From the NCBI GenBank assembly GCA_016744535.1, contig JADGEE010000002.1:16674-80673 (forward strand): a stretch of DNA of 64,000 bases, given 5' to 3'. Source of the stretch: Campylobacteraceae bacterium (GTDB lineage: Bacteria; Campylobacterota; Campylobacteria; Campylobacterales; BB28). The stretch's first letter is position 1; the number at the start of each line of letters is the position of its first letter. Both the position numbers and the translations under genes were made by a program. Of this stretch, positions 1 through 10,298 are shown piece after piece. The notes beneath the pieces were generated by a model. That model worked only from the letters and a program-made list of their open reading frames with translations. It was not told the origin of the DNA and made no database searches.

Positions 1-552
1 TCCAGTTAAAACTCCAATTGGTTTAATACCTGCATTAAATGAACTTTCCACATCTAAATTTGTATCACCTATCATAAAACTACTCTTTTTATTTGCTTTT
101 AAATGAGTTAATGCTTTTAAAATTGGTTCTGCGTTCGGTTTTGGATTTATTACATCTTCTCTTCCAATTAAAACTTTAAAATGTTCTCTTACTCCTAAAT
201 GAATTAAAAGTTCATCTGAATATCTTCCTGTTTTAGTTGTTACAACGCCAATAGTTGCAAAAGATGAAGCTAACTCAATTGCCTCTTTTGCATTTGGAAG
301 TAGCGTTGTCATTTGATTTGAAATTTTTCTATAATGTTTTTTATAACTAAGTATAAACTTTTCTATTTTTTTCTCTTCAATCCCTAATTCTATAAACATA
401 ATATCAAGAGGATAACCAATTAAAGATAATATTTTATCTTCGTTTGGAACTGGTGTGTAATTTTCATTAAAACATATATCAAATCCCTCCAATATTGCTG
501 GGGTTGAATCAATTAATGTCCCGTCTAAGTCAAAAAGTATTGTTTTATTCAT
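1..552 (-). CDS. HAD-superfamily hydrolase (phosphoglycolate phosphatase-like); C-terminus cut by window edge
   Basis: Own minus-strand translation from ATG 552-550 gives MNKTILFDLDGTLIDSTPAILEGF...VVTTKTGRY...SFMIGDT, which contains HAD motifs DxDGT, T and GD. The frame stays open to nt 1. The ORF is absent from the supplied track. Its ATG lies 8 nt inside the end of the preceding gene. Confidence 0.8.
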   Translation of the reverse strand, partial: MNKTILFDLDGTLIDSTPAILEGFDICFNENYTPVPNEDKILSLIGYPLDIMFIELGIEEKKIEKFILSYKKHYRKISNQMTTLLPNAKEAIELASSFATIGVVTTKTGRYSDELLIHLGVREHFKVLIGREDVINPKPNAEPILKALTHLKANKKSSFMIGDTNLDVESSFNAGIKPIGVLTG

Positions 553-2053
553 CTAATTCCCACTCTATTTGATTGTGCATTATTCCTGTTATTGAAGGAA
601 TAATAGGTTTTATTTTTTTACTAACTGCTGTAATTGAATTTGGAATATATAAAAATAGTGTTGGGAAATCTTCCACTATTAGCTTAAATATTTTTTTGTA
701 AATAATAGAAAGTTTTTTTCTATTTACTATCTTTTCAGACTCTTTTATGAGTCTATCTACTTCTTCATTTTTATATCCATTAAAATTAAATCCTCCTATA
801 AAATCGGATTCACTATGCCAAATAGGATAAGCATCTGGGAGTATTGAAAGTGCCCAACCCATAACAATAGCTTCAAAATTTCTAGCGTGTACTTTTGTGT
901 TTAAAAAAGCTTGCCATTCCATAGCTTTTATTTTCGTATTAATTCCAATTTTTTTAAGTTGATGTTGAATTATTTGCGAAGCATAAAGTCTTATTGGATT
1001 ATTTGAATTAGTACTTATCTCAAACTCAAGAGGATTATTTTTATTATAACCAGCTTCATTTAATAACTCTTTCGCTCTTATTAAATTAACTTTGGGAATA
1101 TCAATATTATCATTAAATGCAAAAGTTTTTGGTAAAAATGGACCCGTGCATATTTGTCCGTGTCCAAAAAACAGAATATCAATTAACTCTTCTCTATCAA
1201 TTGCTAAACTAATAGCCTCTCTAACTCTCTTATCTTTGAATTTATCTAGCTTTAAATTAAATCCTAAATATGTATAACTTCTACCTATTTGCTCTATAAT
1301 ATTAAAATTATCTCTAAAATCATTTGGTAATTGTTTCTCTAATTGTAGAGGGCTTAAACTTCCAATATCTATTTTTTGAGATTTTAACATTAAAAAATTA
1401 GTATGTGCCTCTGGTAAAAAGTGATAAATTATATTATCTATTTTTGGTTTATTGATATGATAACTTTTATTTGCAATTAACTCTATATCTTTAGATGTAG
1501 CATAATCTTTTAACTTATAACTTCCAACTCCAATTGGTTGTTGATTAAATTTTGAAGTCATTAAATTTTTTTCATTTTCAAGTAAATGTTTTGGTAATAT
1601 TCCAGTTAGCCAAACTTCAAGGGCTTTAAAGTAGGGTTGTTTATAAGTTATTTTTATTTTAAATTTATCTATTTTTTTTACATCTTTTACATATCTAAAG
1701 TTACTAGAGTATGGTGTAAAAATCTTTGGAGAAGTTATTGTTTTATAAGTAAATACTACATCATCTGCACTAAATTTTACTCCATTACTCCATACGATAT
1801 TATTTTTTAATTCTATAATTAGTGTAGTATCATTTAAAAATTTATAACTTTTGGCTAAATTAGGAATTATATTAGCATCTTTATCATATTTTAAAAGTCC
1901 TTCAAATATCCAATCAGCAATTTCAGCACTTGCATTATCAGTTGCCAAAATAGGGTTAATACGACTTATATTTGATGATATGGAAAGATGTAAAGTTGAG
2001 GCACATAATAAATTTATATTTATAAATATTATTAAAAATAGAATTTTTTTCAT
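545..2053 (-). CDS. ABC transporter substrate-binding protein, family 5 (peptide/nickel type)
   Basis: 502 aa with an N-terminal signal peptide. Length and sequence pattern are typical of OppA/DppA-family SBPs (ILATDNASAEI..., GVGSYKL, YTYLGFN). Confidence 0.8.
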   Translation of the reverse strand: MKKILFLIIFININLLCASTLHLSISSNISRINPILATDNASAEIADWIFEGLLKYDKDANIIPNLAKSYKFLNDTTLIIELKNNIVWSNGVKFSADDVVFTYKTITSPKIFTPYSSNFRYVKDVKKIDKFKIKITYKQPYFKALEVWLTGILPKHLLENEKNLMTSKFNQQPIGVGSYKLKDYATSKDIELIANKSYHINKPKIDNIIYHFLPEAHTNFLMLKSQKIDIGSLSPLQLEKQLPNDFRDNFNIIEQIGRSYTYLGFNLKLDKFKDKRVREAISLAIDREELIDILFFGHGQICTGPFLPKTFAFNDNIDIPKVNLIRAKELLNEAGYNKNNPLEFEISTNSNNPIRLYASQIIQHQLKKIGINTKIKAMEWQAFLNTKVHARNFEAIVMGWALSILPDAYPIWHSESDFIGGFNFNGYKNEEVDRLIKESEKIVNRKKLSIIYKKIFKLIVEDFPTLFLYIPNSITAVSKKIKPIIPSITGIMHNQIEWELDE

Positions 2054-2074
2054 AATTAAAAAAGAGATAAGAGA

Positions 2075-2464
2075 TTATCTCTTTGAGAATTGAGGACTTC
2101 TTCTCGCTTTTCTTCTTCCGTATTTTTTTCTTTCAACAACTCTTGAATCTCTAGTTAATAAACCTTTTGGTTTAAGCATAGGTCTAAAGTTCTCGTCAAG
2201 TTTCACAAGTGTTCTAGCAATTCCTAATTTTAGCGCATCAGCTTGTGCTGAATATCCACCACCTAAAGTAGTAGCTATAATATCAACTGAACTATCTTGT
2301 TTTGTTACAGATAATGGAAGTCTAACTTTAAGTTTAATACTTTCGTGTCCACCTAACCATTCATCTAAGCTCATTCCATTTATAACCATTTTTCCACTTC
2401 CAGGAGTTAGCCAAACCTTTGCTATTGCTGCTTTTCTTCTACCTGTTGCATAAACTTTACTCAT
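2075..2464 (-). CDS. rpsI: 30S ribosomal protein S9
   Basis: 129 aa. Starts [11 protein letters not shown] and has the C-terminal tail [19 protein letters not shown]. Sits directly after rplM. Confidence 0.97.
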   Translation of the reverse strand: MSKVYATGRRKAAIAKVWLTPGSGKMVINGMSLDEWLGGHESIKLKVRLPLSVTKQDSSVDIIATTLGGGYSAQADALKLGIARTLVKLDENFRPMLKPKGLLTRDSRVVERKKYGRRKARRSPQFSKR

Positions 2465-2465
2465 A

Positions 2466-2888
2466 TTAATTTCCCTTCACTTGTGCTGAATGAGGATGTT
2501 CACTTCCTGCATAAACTTTAAGTTTTTTAAGCATAACTTTTCCAAGTTTAGTTTTTGGAAGCATACCTCTTGTAGCTAAATTAAATAGCTTTTCAGGATG
2601 TTTGCTAACCATATCCTCAAGTTTTTGGCTCTTTGTACTTCCAAAATAACCTGAATGTGTGTGATATAATTTATCTTGAAGCTTCATTCCTGTGAAATTT
2701 ACCTCAGAAGCATTAACTATAATTACAAAATCGCCACAATCAACATGTGGAGTATAATAAGTCTTATGTTTGCCTCTAAGTAAAATTGCTATTTCTGTAA
2801 TTAATCTACCAAAGACTTTACCTTTAGCATCAACTACAATCCAATCTCTTTTAACTTCATTTGATTTAATCATTTTTGTTAAGTTCAT
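2466..2888 (-). CDS. rplM: 50S ribosomal protein L13
   Basis: 140 aa with [16 protein letters not shown]...[18 protein letters not shown]. Confidence 0.97.
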   Translation of the reverse strand: MNLTKMIKSNEVKRDWIVVDAKGKVFGRLITEIAILLRGKHKTYYTPHVDCGDFVIIVNASEVNFTGMKLQDKLYHTHSGYFGSTKSQKLEDMVSKHPEKLFNLATRGMLPKTKLGKVMLKKLKVYAGSEHPHSAQVKGN

Positions 2889-2978
2889 TAGTTACCTTCT
2901 ATTATATAAACTGTAAAAGTTTTGTAATTGATGATTGTAATCTTTTTTTAATTAATCTTTACTTAAATTAAGTCATAA

Positions 2979-3623
2979 TTAAGTATTTAAAATTTTATCT
3001 ATTGTTAATGAACAGAGGCTTAATCCAAAACTTCCAGTAACACCAACAAAACTACCTAACTCTTTACATTTAGGCTCTTCAGCAGAAAAAACTACTTTGA
3101 AGTTTTTATTAAATCTCTCTTTTTTTAATTTATCACGAAACTTTTTAGCAAATTTATCTCCGTGAGTTTTCCAAATTGAAGTAACTTCAATTTTAGTAGT
3201 ATAAATTTTTTTAGCTGAACCCATTGAAGAAAATAGTTTCAGATAAGTTTTTTTTGCAATAGCCACTTTTGCATCAATATCGTCAATCGCATCTATTACT
3301 ATATCAAATGGTTCAAAATTAAAATTTTCAACCCATTCCCTATCTATTTTTTTATCTATAGAAATAATTTTTGGGTAAAGTTTTCCAAGGGCTGAAACTT
3401 TCATTTCCCCTATATTTTCACTTCCAATTTGTCTATTTTGATTTGTAATTTCAAATGTATCAAAATCAACTATTGTAATATTATTAATTCCACTTCTATA
3501 TAGACAATCTAATGCAAAACTTCCAACTCCCCCAACTCCTAAAATTAAAACTTTAGTATTTTGAAGTTTAATAAAATTTTCTTCTCCAAAGAGAGTTTTA
3601 CATCTTGAATATCTTAAATCCAA
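2979..3623 (-). CDS. tcdA: ThiF/MoeB-family adenylyltransferase, tRNA threonylcarbamoyladenosine dehydratase-like
   Basis: Rossmann motif LILGVGGVGSFALDCLYRSG followed by IVDFD..TNQNRQ. The 214-aa length is short for TcdA. Confidence 0.7.
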   Translation of the reverse strand: MDLRYSRCKTLFGEENFIKLQNTKVLILGVGGVGSFALDCLYRSGINNITIVDFDTFEITNQNRQIGSENIGEMKVSALGKLYPKIISIDKKIDREWVENFNFEPFDIVIDAIDDIDAKVAIAKKTYLKLFSSMGSAKKIYTTKIEVTSIWKTHGDKFAKKFRDKLKKERFNKNFKVVFSAEEPKCKELGSFVGVTGSFGLSLCSLTIDKILNT

Positions 3624-4396
3624 TTTTTTAACTTTTCCAAATCATCATAACTTGTTAAATCTAACTTTACAGGAGTAATTGAAACATAATCTTGTTGCAC
3701 TGCTTCAAAATCACAATACATATCTTCACTAGCAATCCATTCAAGTGCGTGAAGTCCTAACCAATAATACTCTTCTCCTCGTGGATTTCTATGAAGTTGT
3801 GCATCATTTGCATATAGTCTATATCCAGCCCTTGTAATTTTATATCCTTGAAATAACTCTAGTGGTGCAGGTGGTATATTTACATTTAAAAATCGTCTTT
3901 CAGGTAGAGGAAAGTTATTTTCAAAAATTTTATTAACTAAATCTTTTATTATATATTTAGCTAACTCAAATGAATCCTCATTTATATTTTGACATTTATT
4001 TCTACAAACTTGTGAAATTGATATTGCAGGAATACCTTGTAGTACAGCTTCCATTGCACCAGCTGCTGTTCCAGAGTAAGTTATATCTTCACCCATATTT
4101 GCACCTTTATTTATACCACTTATAACTAAATCAGGTTTTTTATCTACAAATATAGTATTTAATGCTAAATATATACAATCGCTCGGAGTTCCATCATCTA
4201 ACTTATAGAAATCATCATCTACTTCAATAAACCTTAATGGTCTTGTAAGTGTTAGCGAGTGTCCACAAGCTGATTTTTCAGTGCTTGGGGCTACTACTGT
4301 GATATGAGCAACTTCGCTTAAAGCTTCAACTAAAGCTTTTAAACCAATAGATTCAAATCCATCATCATTTGTAATTAAAATATTTCTCTTTTTCAA
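3614..4396 (-). CDS. surE: 5'/3'-nucleotidase SurE
   Basis: ILITNDDGFESIGLKAL at the N-terminus, then SGINKGANMGEDITYSGTAAGAMEA. Confidence 0.93.
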   Translation of the reverse strand: MKKRNILITNDDGFESIGLKALVEALSEVAHITVVAPSTEKSACGHSLTLTRPLRFIEVDDDFYKLDDGTPSDCIYLALNTIFVDKKPDLVISGINKGANMGEDITYSGTAAGAMEAVLQGIPAISISQVCRNKCQNINEDSFELAKYIIKDLVNKIFENNFPLPERRFLNVNIPPAPLELFQGYKITRAGYRLYANDAQLHRNPRGEEYYWLGLHALEWIASEDMYCDFEAVQQDYVSITPVKLDLTSYDDLEKLKNWI

Positions 4397-4445
4397 GATT
4401 AAATCCTTTTATAAATAAAGTTTATAATATATTACTTTTTTTACT

Positions 4446-6044
4446 CTAACTTTCCGAAATTTTTTCTATGTTTTTGCATATATTTATTATATCTTCATCT
4501 AAATAGTGAATATCTTTTGCACTTTGGTCTATAAAAATCTCTTCTCTCCAAACTTTTAATTTTTTCTTTAATTCTTCTAAAAGAGAGATAATATTACTTA
4601 AATTTTCTTTAGGAATTCTACCCCAATCAACTCTTGTAAATAGTTGAGATAAGCTAGTCAAATTATTTTCTACTTCATCAAATTCAAAAGTCATATTAAC
4701 AACATTTGAAGAATATTTAGCGATAATAGAGCTTATAATTCCAAAATTTTCAAATAGATTTTTTTTATTTAAAAAAAGTAGATTTAAATCAAACTCCTCT
4801 TCTAAGTCTTGCATATCAGCAACTTCAGCAGAAATATCTAGTTTTAACTCTTTTAAATACTCTTTTGCACTAATTTTATCTTTATCATCTATTTTTACTT
4901 GATTATCTTTATCTATTTTATTTAAAGTTTTATTTATACTAATAATTAAATTATCTTTATCATCTATCTTTTTAATTTCTTTTTCTATTCTCTTGTCATT
5001 AACTTTACTATCCAAAAGTTCTTTTGAAATTTTTAAAGGTTGATTTGGAATTATAATAAATTCTAATTTTTTATCTGAATTTATAACTTTAACAATACTA
5101 TCACTTCCTTTTAAAATAATCTCTCTTAATATATTTTTTGAATACTCTATGAATTTATTAACTAAATTAAACTCAAGAGAAGAATCATTCATAACAATAT
5201 CTGTTAATCTATCCCAAACTAATTCAAAATCAGCACCACTCTTCACAAAAATTTCATTTTCATTATAAACTTCTTTGATAACTTTTAAAATTTCAGGCTC
5301 AATCACTTTTTCTAAACTAATGGAATTTATATCTAAATTGTGATAAATCATACTTTCCATCTCATAAATTGCATATATTAATTGCTCATAAATACTTTTA
5401 GGGTTTTTAACACCTTTTAAAAGTTTAAGTATCGCCACTGCAAATTTCATATCTTCATAAAATTTTATTGCTTTATTGATACTTCCATCTCTAATTGAAG
5501 TTGATAAAATTCCTAAAACTGATTTTATATCTAACTTTATTTGAGGTGGAATATGAAGTTTATATGAAATTGTTTCTAATATTGACATCATTCTTGAAGC
5601 TATATTTTGGCTTGATTTATATGAGACAAAAGCTTTTATATATCTATTTGTATAACTTCCAATAAAACTATTTTCTTCTTCTAAAACTCTCTTTGTAAAA
5701 TCTAAAAAATCTTGTTTTGCAAATGGTTTTTTTATAAAATATTTTATATCATAAAAATAGGTATTATCTTTAATTCTGTTTACATCTGTTTTACTCATCA
5801 AAATAATTGGAATATCTGTTGTTGTAATATCTGTTTTGACACTATCTATAAAACGCAAAGCTTCTGTATTAAAAGTGTTAAAACCAAAAAGAATTAAATT
5901 TGGTAATTCTGCCCTTGCAATACTTAAAGCCTCTTTTTCATTATTTACATTAATAATATCACATTCTAAATTATCTTTTAAAATATCTACTATAAAATTT
6001 CTATTTAACTCATCATTTTCAAAAATTAAAATTTTATAATTCAT
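4446..6044 (-). CDS. Receiver-domain protein with acceptor Asp replaced by Gly (pseudo-receiver) and a long uncharacterised C-terminal region
   Basis: The N-terminal ~115 aa align to CheY-like REC, with ILIFENDE, PIILMSK and KKPF. The PDLILLD position reads PNLILFGF, and Gly54 is codon 5883-5885. It is the last gene of the cheV-mcp operon. Confidence 0.7.
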   Translation of the reverse strand: MNYKILIFENDELNRNFIVDILKDNLECDIINVNNEKEALSIARAELPNLILFGFNTFNTEALRFIDSVKTDITTTDIPIILMSKTDVNRIKDNTYFYDIKYFIKKPFAKQDFLDFTKRVLEEENSFIGSYTNRYIKAFVSYKSSQNIASRMMSILETISYKLHIPPQIKLDIKSVLGILSTSIRDGSINKAIKFYEDMKFAVAILKLLKGVKNPKSIYEQLIYAIYEMESMIYHNLDINSISLEKVIEPEILKVIKEVYNENEIFVKSGADFELVWDRLTDIVMNDSSLEFNLVNKFIEYSKNILREIILKGSDSIVKVINSDKKLEFIIIPNQPLKISKELLDSKVNDKRIEKEIKKIDDKDNLIISINKTLNKIDKDNQVKIDDKDKISAKEYLKELKLDISAEVADMQDLEEEFDLNLLFLNKKNLFENFGIISSIIAKYSSNVVNMTFEFDEVENNLTSLSQLFTRVDWGRIPKENLSNIISLLEELKKKLKVWREEIFIDQSAKDIHYLDEDIINICKNIEKISES

Positions 6045-6065
6045 CTTTAACCTTAGTTTTAGTTT

Positions 6066-6455
6066 TTATAGTTTAATTTTCATTTTTTCTAATTCATCAT
6101 CTACTAACTCTTTCAACTCTTTTTCTATATCTTCCCTATTAGCATATTCTTCATCAAAATAGATGTTAAAATAGTTTAGAAAAAAATTAAAATGCTCATC
6201 TTTATAACCTCTAAAAAACCAAAAATGTTTATATTCAATTTCATCTTTATCTTCATTAATTGATAAAATTCCAACTTCTCTATTTTGATAAATCTCTTTT
6301 AAAAACTCTATAAAACTTTCATCAGACTTTAATTTAAAATATAACTCTTTTGGAGTTAATATTGAATCTTCATAGTCTATATTTTTACTTATAAATTCAT
6401 AAGCTTTATCTTTTTTAAATTTATCATTTTCTATGTAACCTAAAAAAATTTTCAT
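6066..6455 (-). CDS. hypothetical protein (129 aa, acidic)
   Basis: ORF only. It is co-directional and tightly spaced within the cheV-mcp operon. No recognisable motif. Confidence 0.5.
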   Translation of the reverse strand: MKIFLGYIENDKFKKDKAYEFISKNIDYEDSILTPKELYFKLKSDESFIEFLKEIYQNREVGILSINEDKDEIEYKHFWFFRGYKDEHFNFFLNYFNIYFDEEYANREDIEKELKELVDDELEKMKIKL

Positions 6456-6482
6456 TTATACTCTTCTTATCTATTTTTATTT

Positions 6483-8123
6483 TCAAGTTTTAAATTGATT
6501 TAATTTTGATTCTAAGTGTTCAGCCATTTTATGAAGCTCTTTTGTAACATCCCCTATCTCTTCAACACTTCTAGCATTTGAGCTAGCTACAATAGAGATA
6601 TCATCTACTGTTAGTGCTATTCCCTCTACATCTTCTGTCACTTTATTTGAATTTTGGACTGTATTTTCAACAACTCCAGTAACATCTTGCATAATATTAA
6701 ATAGAGTATCCATCTCAATTCCAGTCTCATTTGAAACTTTTGCTAAATCTTGAATATTTGCTGAATTTTCATTCATCTCTCCACTTGCATCCATAATTGA
6801 CTGTACTATTATATTTACTGTGGCATTAATTTCACTAAGGCTTTTTTGGGTTCGCTCTGCTAATTGGCGTACTTCATCAGCAACAACAGCAAAACCTCTT
6901 CCGTGTTCACCAGCTCTTGCAGCTTCTATGGCTGCATTTAGGGCAAGTAAATTTGTCTGGTCAGCAATATCACTAATAACAGTTAAAACACCTTTTATCT
7001 GTTCTGCTTCACTTGTTAATTTATTTAATTTATCAGCTAACTCTACTTCAATTTCAGAAGTTTTATCTATTTTTGAAGCCATACTTAAAATTTTTGTTTT
7101 TGCATTATCTAAAGATGAATTTGCATCAATAATTTTATCTTTTGCCATAACAGATGTATTGACACTATCTTTTAATAAATGTTTTATATTTCCTGCACTA
7201 TTTGTTGCAACTTCAACCACTTCCATCTCTTTTAAAACCCTAGATTCAATTGATTTTGCACTAGAACTAAGCTCTAGGGCTATTGATGAATTTTCCATTG
7301 AAGTTTGCTTTGCATCATCTATAATAGATTTTAAAGTATCAAATAAATTACTTAACTCTCTTGACATAGAACCTATTTCATCTCTATTGTTATTTGATAT
7401 GTCAATTGTTAAATCACTATTTTTTGCTATTTTTCTAATTTTTAATGAAATTTTTTCAATTTGATTCACTATAAAATTAATCATAGGGATTGCTAAAATC
7501 ATAGTAAAAATTATAATTGCGATACCAATTAAAATAGATTGAATAACAACTTTTTTTAATATGGCTGATATATAGTTTATCTCTATATCAGCACCTATTA
7601 TATAAGTCTCTCCACTTTTATTTTTAAATTGAACAAAATAGGATCTAAAATTTCCATAACTATCTTCATACTCTTCATAAACTGGTTTATTAGTTTTAAA
7701 TGCTTGAATTAGTTTATCACTAAAATCTTCATATTCTTCAAAATATCCTGCATAATTATTCTCTTCTATCTCTTCCTCTGACGCACTTGAAGAGGTAAAA
7801 TATATTTTTTCATCTCTTGTAATCATACTATATATGTAAGTTAAATCAACTTCAGTTGTAAATTCAGACAATTCAAACATTATATTTTTAAAAGCTTCCT
7901 CTGAAACAGAATTTTCATCTACGATATTATCATGAAAGTTTCTGCCTATTATATGTAAAGTTGAATAGACACCAGATTTTAATCTATCATCTATATCGTG
8001 ATAAACCTCTTTTTTTTGAATACTATAACTATAAAAAGTATAAATAATAGTTGTAATAATATTTATAGTTAAAACTAAAAGTAAAATTTTATGTTTTAAT
8101 TTAAAATCATTAAAAAGTTTCAT
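6483..8123 (-). CDS. methyl-accepting chemotaxis protein with periplasmic Cache-like sensor
   Basis: N-terminal TM, periplasmic region (aa ~35-190), second TM and a HAMP-like segment. The conserved signalling hairpin is [40 protein letters not shown]. Confidence 0.93.
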   Translation of the reverse strand: MKLFNDFKLKHKILLLVLTINIITTIIYTFYSYSIQKKEVYHDIDDRLKSGVYSTLHIIGRNFHDNIVDENSVSEEAFKNIMFELSEFTTEVDLTYIYSMITRDEKIYFTSSSASEEEIEENNYAGYFEEYEDFSDKLIQAFKTNKPVYEEYEDSYGNFRSYFVQFKNKSGETYIIGADIEINYISAILKKVVIQSILIGIAIIIFTMILAIPMINFIVNQIEKISLKIRKIAKNSDLTIDISNNNRDEIGSMSRELSNLFDTLKSIIDDAKQTSMENSSIALELSSSAKSIESRVLKEMEVVEVATNSAGNIKHLLKDSVNTSVMAKDKIIDANSSLDNAKTKILSMASKIDKTSEIEVELADKLNKLTSEAEQIKGVLTVISDIADQTNLLALNAAIEAARAGEHGRGFAVVADEVRQLAERTQKSLSEINATVNIIVQSIMDASGEMNENSANIQDLAKVSNETGIEMDTLFNIMQDVTGVVENTVQNSNKVTEDVEGIALTVDDISIVASSNARSVEEIGDVTKELHKMAEHLESKLNQFKT

Positions 8124-8124
8124 C

Positions 8125-9084
8125 TCAATTTTCCTTTATAAATTTACTAATAACTCGTTCAACCTCTTTTGGATGTGATTTTGATATAAAATCATCAGCA
8201 TTAAGACTAATTGCCATATCTTTATTAGATTTTCCACTCATAGATGAATTTACAGTAATTGGAATATGTGAGAATTCTTTATTATTTTTGATTTGTTTAA
8301 TAACTTCAAATCCAGAAGCTATTGGCATTTCAAGGTCAGTTATAATAAGCCCTATATTATCTACATTAGTTGTTTTATTATTAATGTAATCAAGCAATAA
8401 TTGACCATTTTCAAATGCTTTAAAACGAACTCCCAACTTATCTAAAATTTTTTTCATCATTTTCATAGCAACTGGAGAATCTTCAGCTAATAAAATATCT
8501 TTTACTGATACTATTTTCTGTAAATTATCAATTTCGTCAATTTGTGTATCTTCTATATTTGGAAAAACATCAATCAACATTTTTTCAACATTTACAACTT
8601 TAACTAACTCTCCATCAAAATATTTTGTGTGATTTATAATTTTTTGAGCTGTATCTTTATTTGGTGAATAACTCGATACTTGATGAATATCTGCCCACTT
8701 TTTTGTTAAGATTCTCTCTGCTTTAGAAATTTTAATTGCTAGTGTAGTTTGAGAAAAATCACAAATTAATATTTGAAAATTATCACCCTTTATTGCACTA
8801 TTTTTTATCTCCACATTTGGTATTTCAGAATCATAAGCAAACCATTTTTTTAAATCAACTATTGGATAAATTTTATCTCTTACTGTAATAATTCCTTCAA
8901 GTAGAGCATTATCGTCGTGTGTAGTTCTTGTTACCGTATTCGTATATTTTATAATCTCTTTTACTTTAAATACATTTATCGCATATATATCACCATTTTC
9001 AACTAAGCGAAAACATAAAAACTGAACTTCATTTCGTTTATGTAAATTAGTGGATTGATTAACACTATCTAAATTATTACCCAT
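8125..9084 (-). CDS. cheV: chemotaxis protein CheV (CheW-like domain + REC)
   Basis: The N-terminal half is CheW-like (FLCFRL...[11 protein letters not shown]). The C-terminal half is REC with [15 protein letters not shown] and the acceptor Asp present. Confidence 0.9.
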   Translation of the reverse strand: MGNNLDSVNQSTNLHKRNEVQFLCFRLVENGDIYAINVFKVKEIIKYTNTVTRTTHDDNALLEGIITVRDKIYPIVDLKKWFAYDSEIPNVEIKNSAIKGDNFQILICDFSQTTLAIKISKAERILTKKWADIHQVSSYSPNKDTAQKIINHTKYFDGELVKVVNVEKMLIDVFPNIEDTQIDEIDNLQKIVSVKDILLAEDSPVAMKMMKKILDKLGVRFKAFENGQLLLDYINNKTTNVDNIGLIITDLEMPIASGFEVIKQIKNNKEFSHIPITVNSSMSGKSNKDMAISLNADDFISKSHPKEVERVISKFIKEN

Positions 9085-9148
9085 TATTTACCTTTAAAAA
9101 TTTTAATTAAGATATTGTAGCTTTTTTTTAGTTAAATAAAATAATTTT

Positions 9149-9481
9149 TTAACCTTTTAAGTCTAATATATGAGAACTTATAATTTTTTCTTCTTCTTCA
9201 TCATTATTTTTTGATTCTTTAAAATATTGTTTTTTTTGTTTATTCTTCTGTTTTTGTTTCTCTTCCTCGTCAATTTTCTCTTTTTCGTGCTCATTTTCTG
9301 GGTCTATTTCGTGATTTGCCTCTGTTGGTCGAACACTTTTTGTCTCATCTAACTCATTTGCCTTTATCATTGCTGCTAAATTTTGTAAATCAAATCTATT
9401 TTGTAAATTACTAGAGGCGTTACTTGCTATATGACTCTGTTGATTAACAAGTATAACATTACCCGTTGGTGAAACACTCAT
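9149..9481 (-). CDS. hypothetical protein, highly charged C-terminal half
   Basis: 110-aa ORF with a low-complexity E/K-rich tail. Function unknown. Confidence 0.45.
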   Translation of the reverse strand: MSVSPTGNVILVNQQSHIASNASSNLQNRFDLQNLAAMIKANELDETKSVRPTEANHEIDPENEHEKEKIDEEEKQKQKNKQKKQYFKESKNNDEEEEKIISSHILDLKG

Positions 9482-9566
9482 TTTTACTCCTTTAAAAATT
9501 ACTCATCCTTGATTAGCAATATAATCGGCTAAAGTGTCTAAAAATTATAACTTATTAAAAAATATT

Positions 9567-9620
9567 TTGACGATAAAAAGTTTAATTTAATTGACTTTTA
9601 TCGTCAAAGTAGGCTATACT
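9567..9620 (+). promoter_or_regulatory. sigma70-like promoter overlapped by a 12-bp perfect inverted repeat (putative operator)
   Basis: TTGACGATAAAA (9567-9578) and TTTTATCGTCAA (9596-9607) are exact reverse complements with a 17-nt spacer. TTGACT lies at 9591-9596, followed by an 18-nt spacer and TATACT at 9615-9620. RBS AAAGGA is at 9634-9639 and the ATG at 9644. Confidence 0.55.
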
Positions 9621-9643
9621 TATTTTTTTCATAAAGGAAACTT

Positions 9644-10273
9644 ATGAGATTAGCATATTTTAGAGTAACTAACAATGAATTATTTGCTATTCAAAAAAGT
9701 TCAATTATGGCTTATTGCTCATTTTATGGTATGGATGTTGATAAAGAATTTATTGAAAACTCTAAAGAGCTTGATAAATTAGAATCAAGAGAAGGTATAG
9801 AGCTATTAAAAACTCTAAAAAGTGATGATGAATTAATAATATTTAATTTACATACTATTAGTTTTAAACTAGGAGAAGTTATAAAAATATTTACCTGCTT
9901 AATTAAAAAGGGTGTAATTATTCATATAACTTCTAAAAAACTCTCTATTGATTCTAAAATTTCATCACTTGTTTTACTTAGTCTTTTAAATGATTTTAGA
10001 GAAGAGAATATTAAAAATTTTCATAAAATCAAAGGAAGACCAAAAGGAAGAATATCAAAATCTCAATTTGATGAATTACTAGATGATATAGTCTCTATGT
10101 TAAGAAAAAATTTTACTATAAGTGAAATTGCTAGAAGATTAAATGTTAGTAGAAGTTCACTTAGAGATTATATAAATTCACGAGATTTAAAAGCTTTAGC
10201 TTTAAATAAAACATTTAAAGATAAGACTGAATTTGATATTAAAGTAATAGAATGTCCAATGGAAGAGAATTAA
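9644..10273 (+). CDS. serine-recombinase (resolvase)-like protein lacking catalytic residues, with C-terminal HTH; probable DNA-binding regulator
   Basis: Resolvase-like N-terminus YFRVTNNELFAIQ compared with canonical YxRVSTxxQ (Ser replaced by Thr). The DRLxR block reads NLHTISFK. The C-terminal HTH is TISEIARRLNVSRSSLRDYI. Confidence 0.6.
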   Translation: MRLAYFRVTNNELFAIQKSSIMAYCSFYGMDVDKEFIENSKELDKLESREGIELLKTLKSDDELIIFNLHTISFKLGEVIKIFTCLIKKGVIIHITSKKLSIDSKISSLVLLSLLNDFREENIKNFHKIKGRPKGRISKSQFDELLDDIVSMLRKNFTISEIARRLNVSRSSLRDYINSRDLKALALNKTFKDKTEFDIKVIECPMEEN

Positions 10274-10298
10274 ATTAAAACCAAATAAAAGGAATAAT

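Noticed and set aside
6820-7464. 214-aa ORF on the + strand inside the MCP gene. Similar antisense ORFs occur at 1092-1277, 1851-2093, 5712-5897, 5836-6039, 14042-14251, 18397-18582, 26061-26255, 26722-26952, 28447-28788, 31528-31782, 36110-36295, 36614-36811, 37172-37447, 42436-42648, 55632-55823, 58014-58208, 58890-59096, 61632-62189 and 62926-63123.
   Set aside because: All lie fully inside well-supported genes on the opposite strand. They have low-complexity Ser/Leu/Ile/Phe-rich translations typical of antisense frames in AT-rich DNA. None has an RBS or a recognisable motif.
9644-10273. Resolvase-like gene as the marker of a transposon or invertible segment
   Set aside because: The catalytic Ser and the Asp/Arg block are substituted. 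There are no terminal inverted repeats, res-like triplet sites or cargo genes. The flanking genes (cheV operon, ccoG) are housekeeping. It is reported instead as a probable domesticated regulator.
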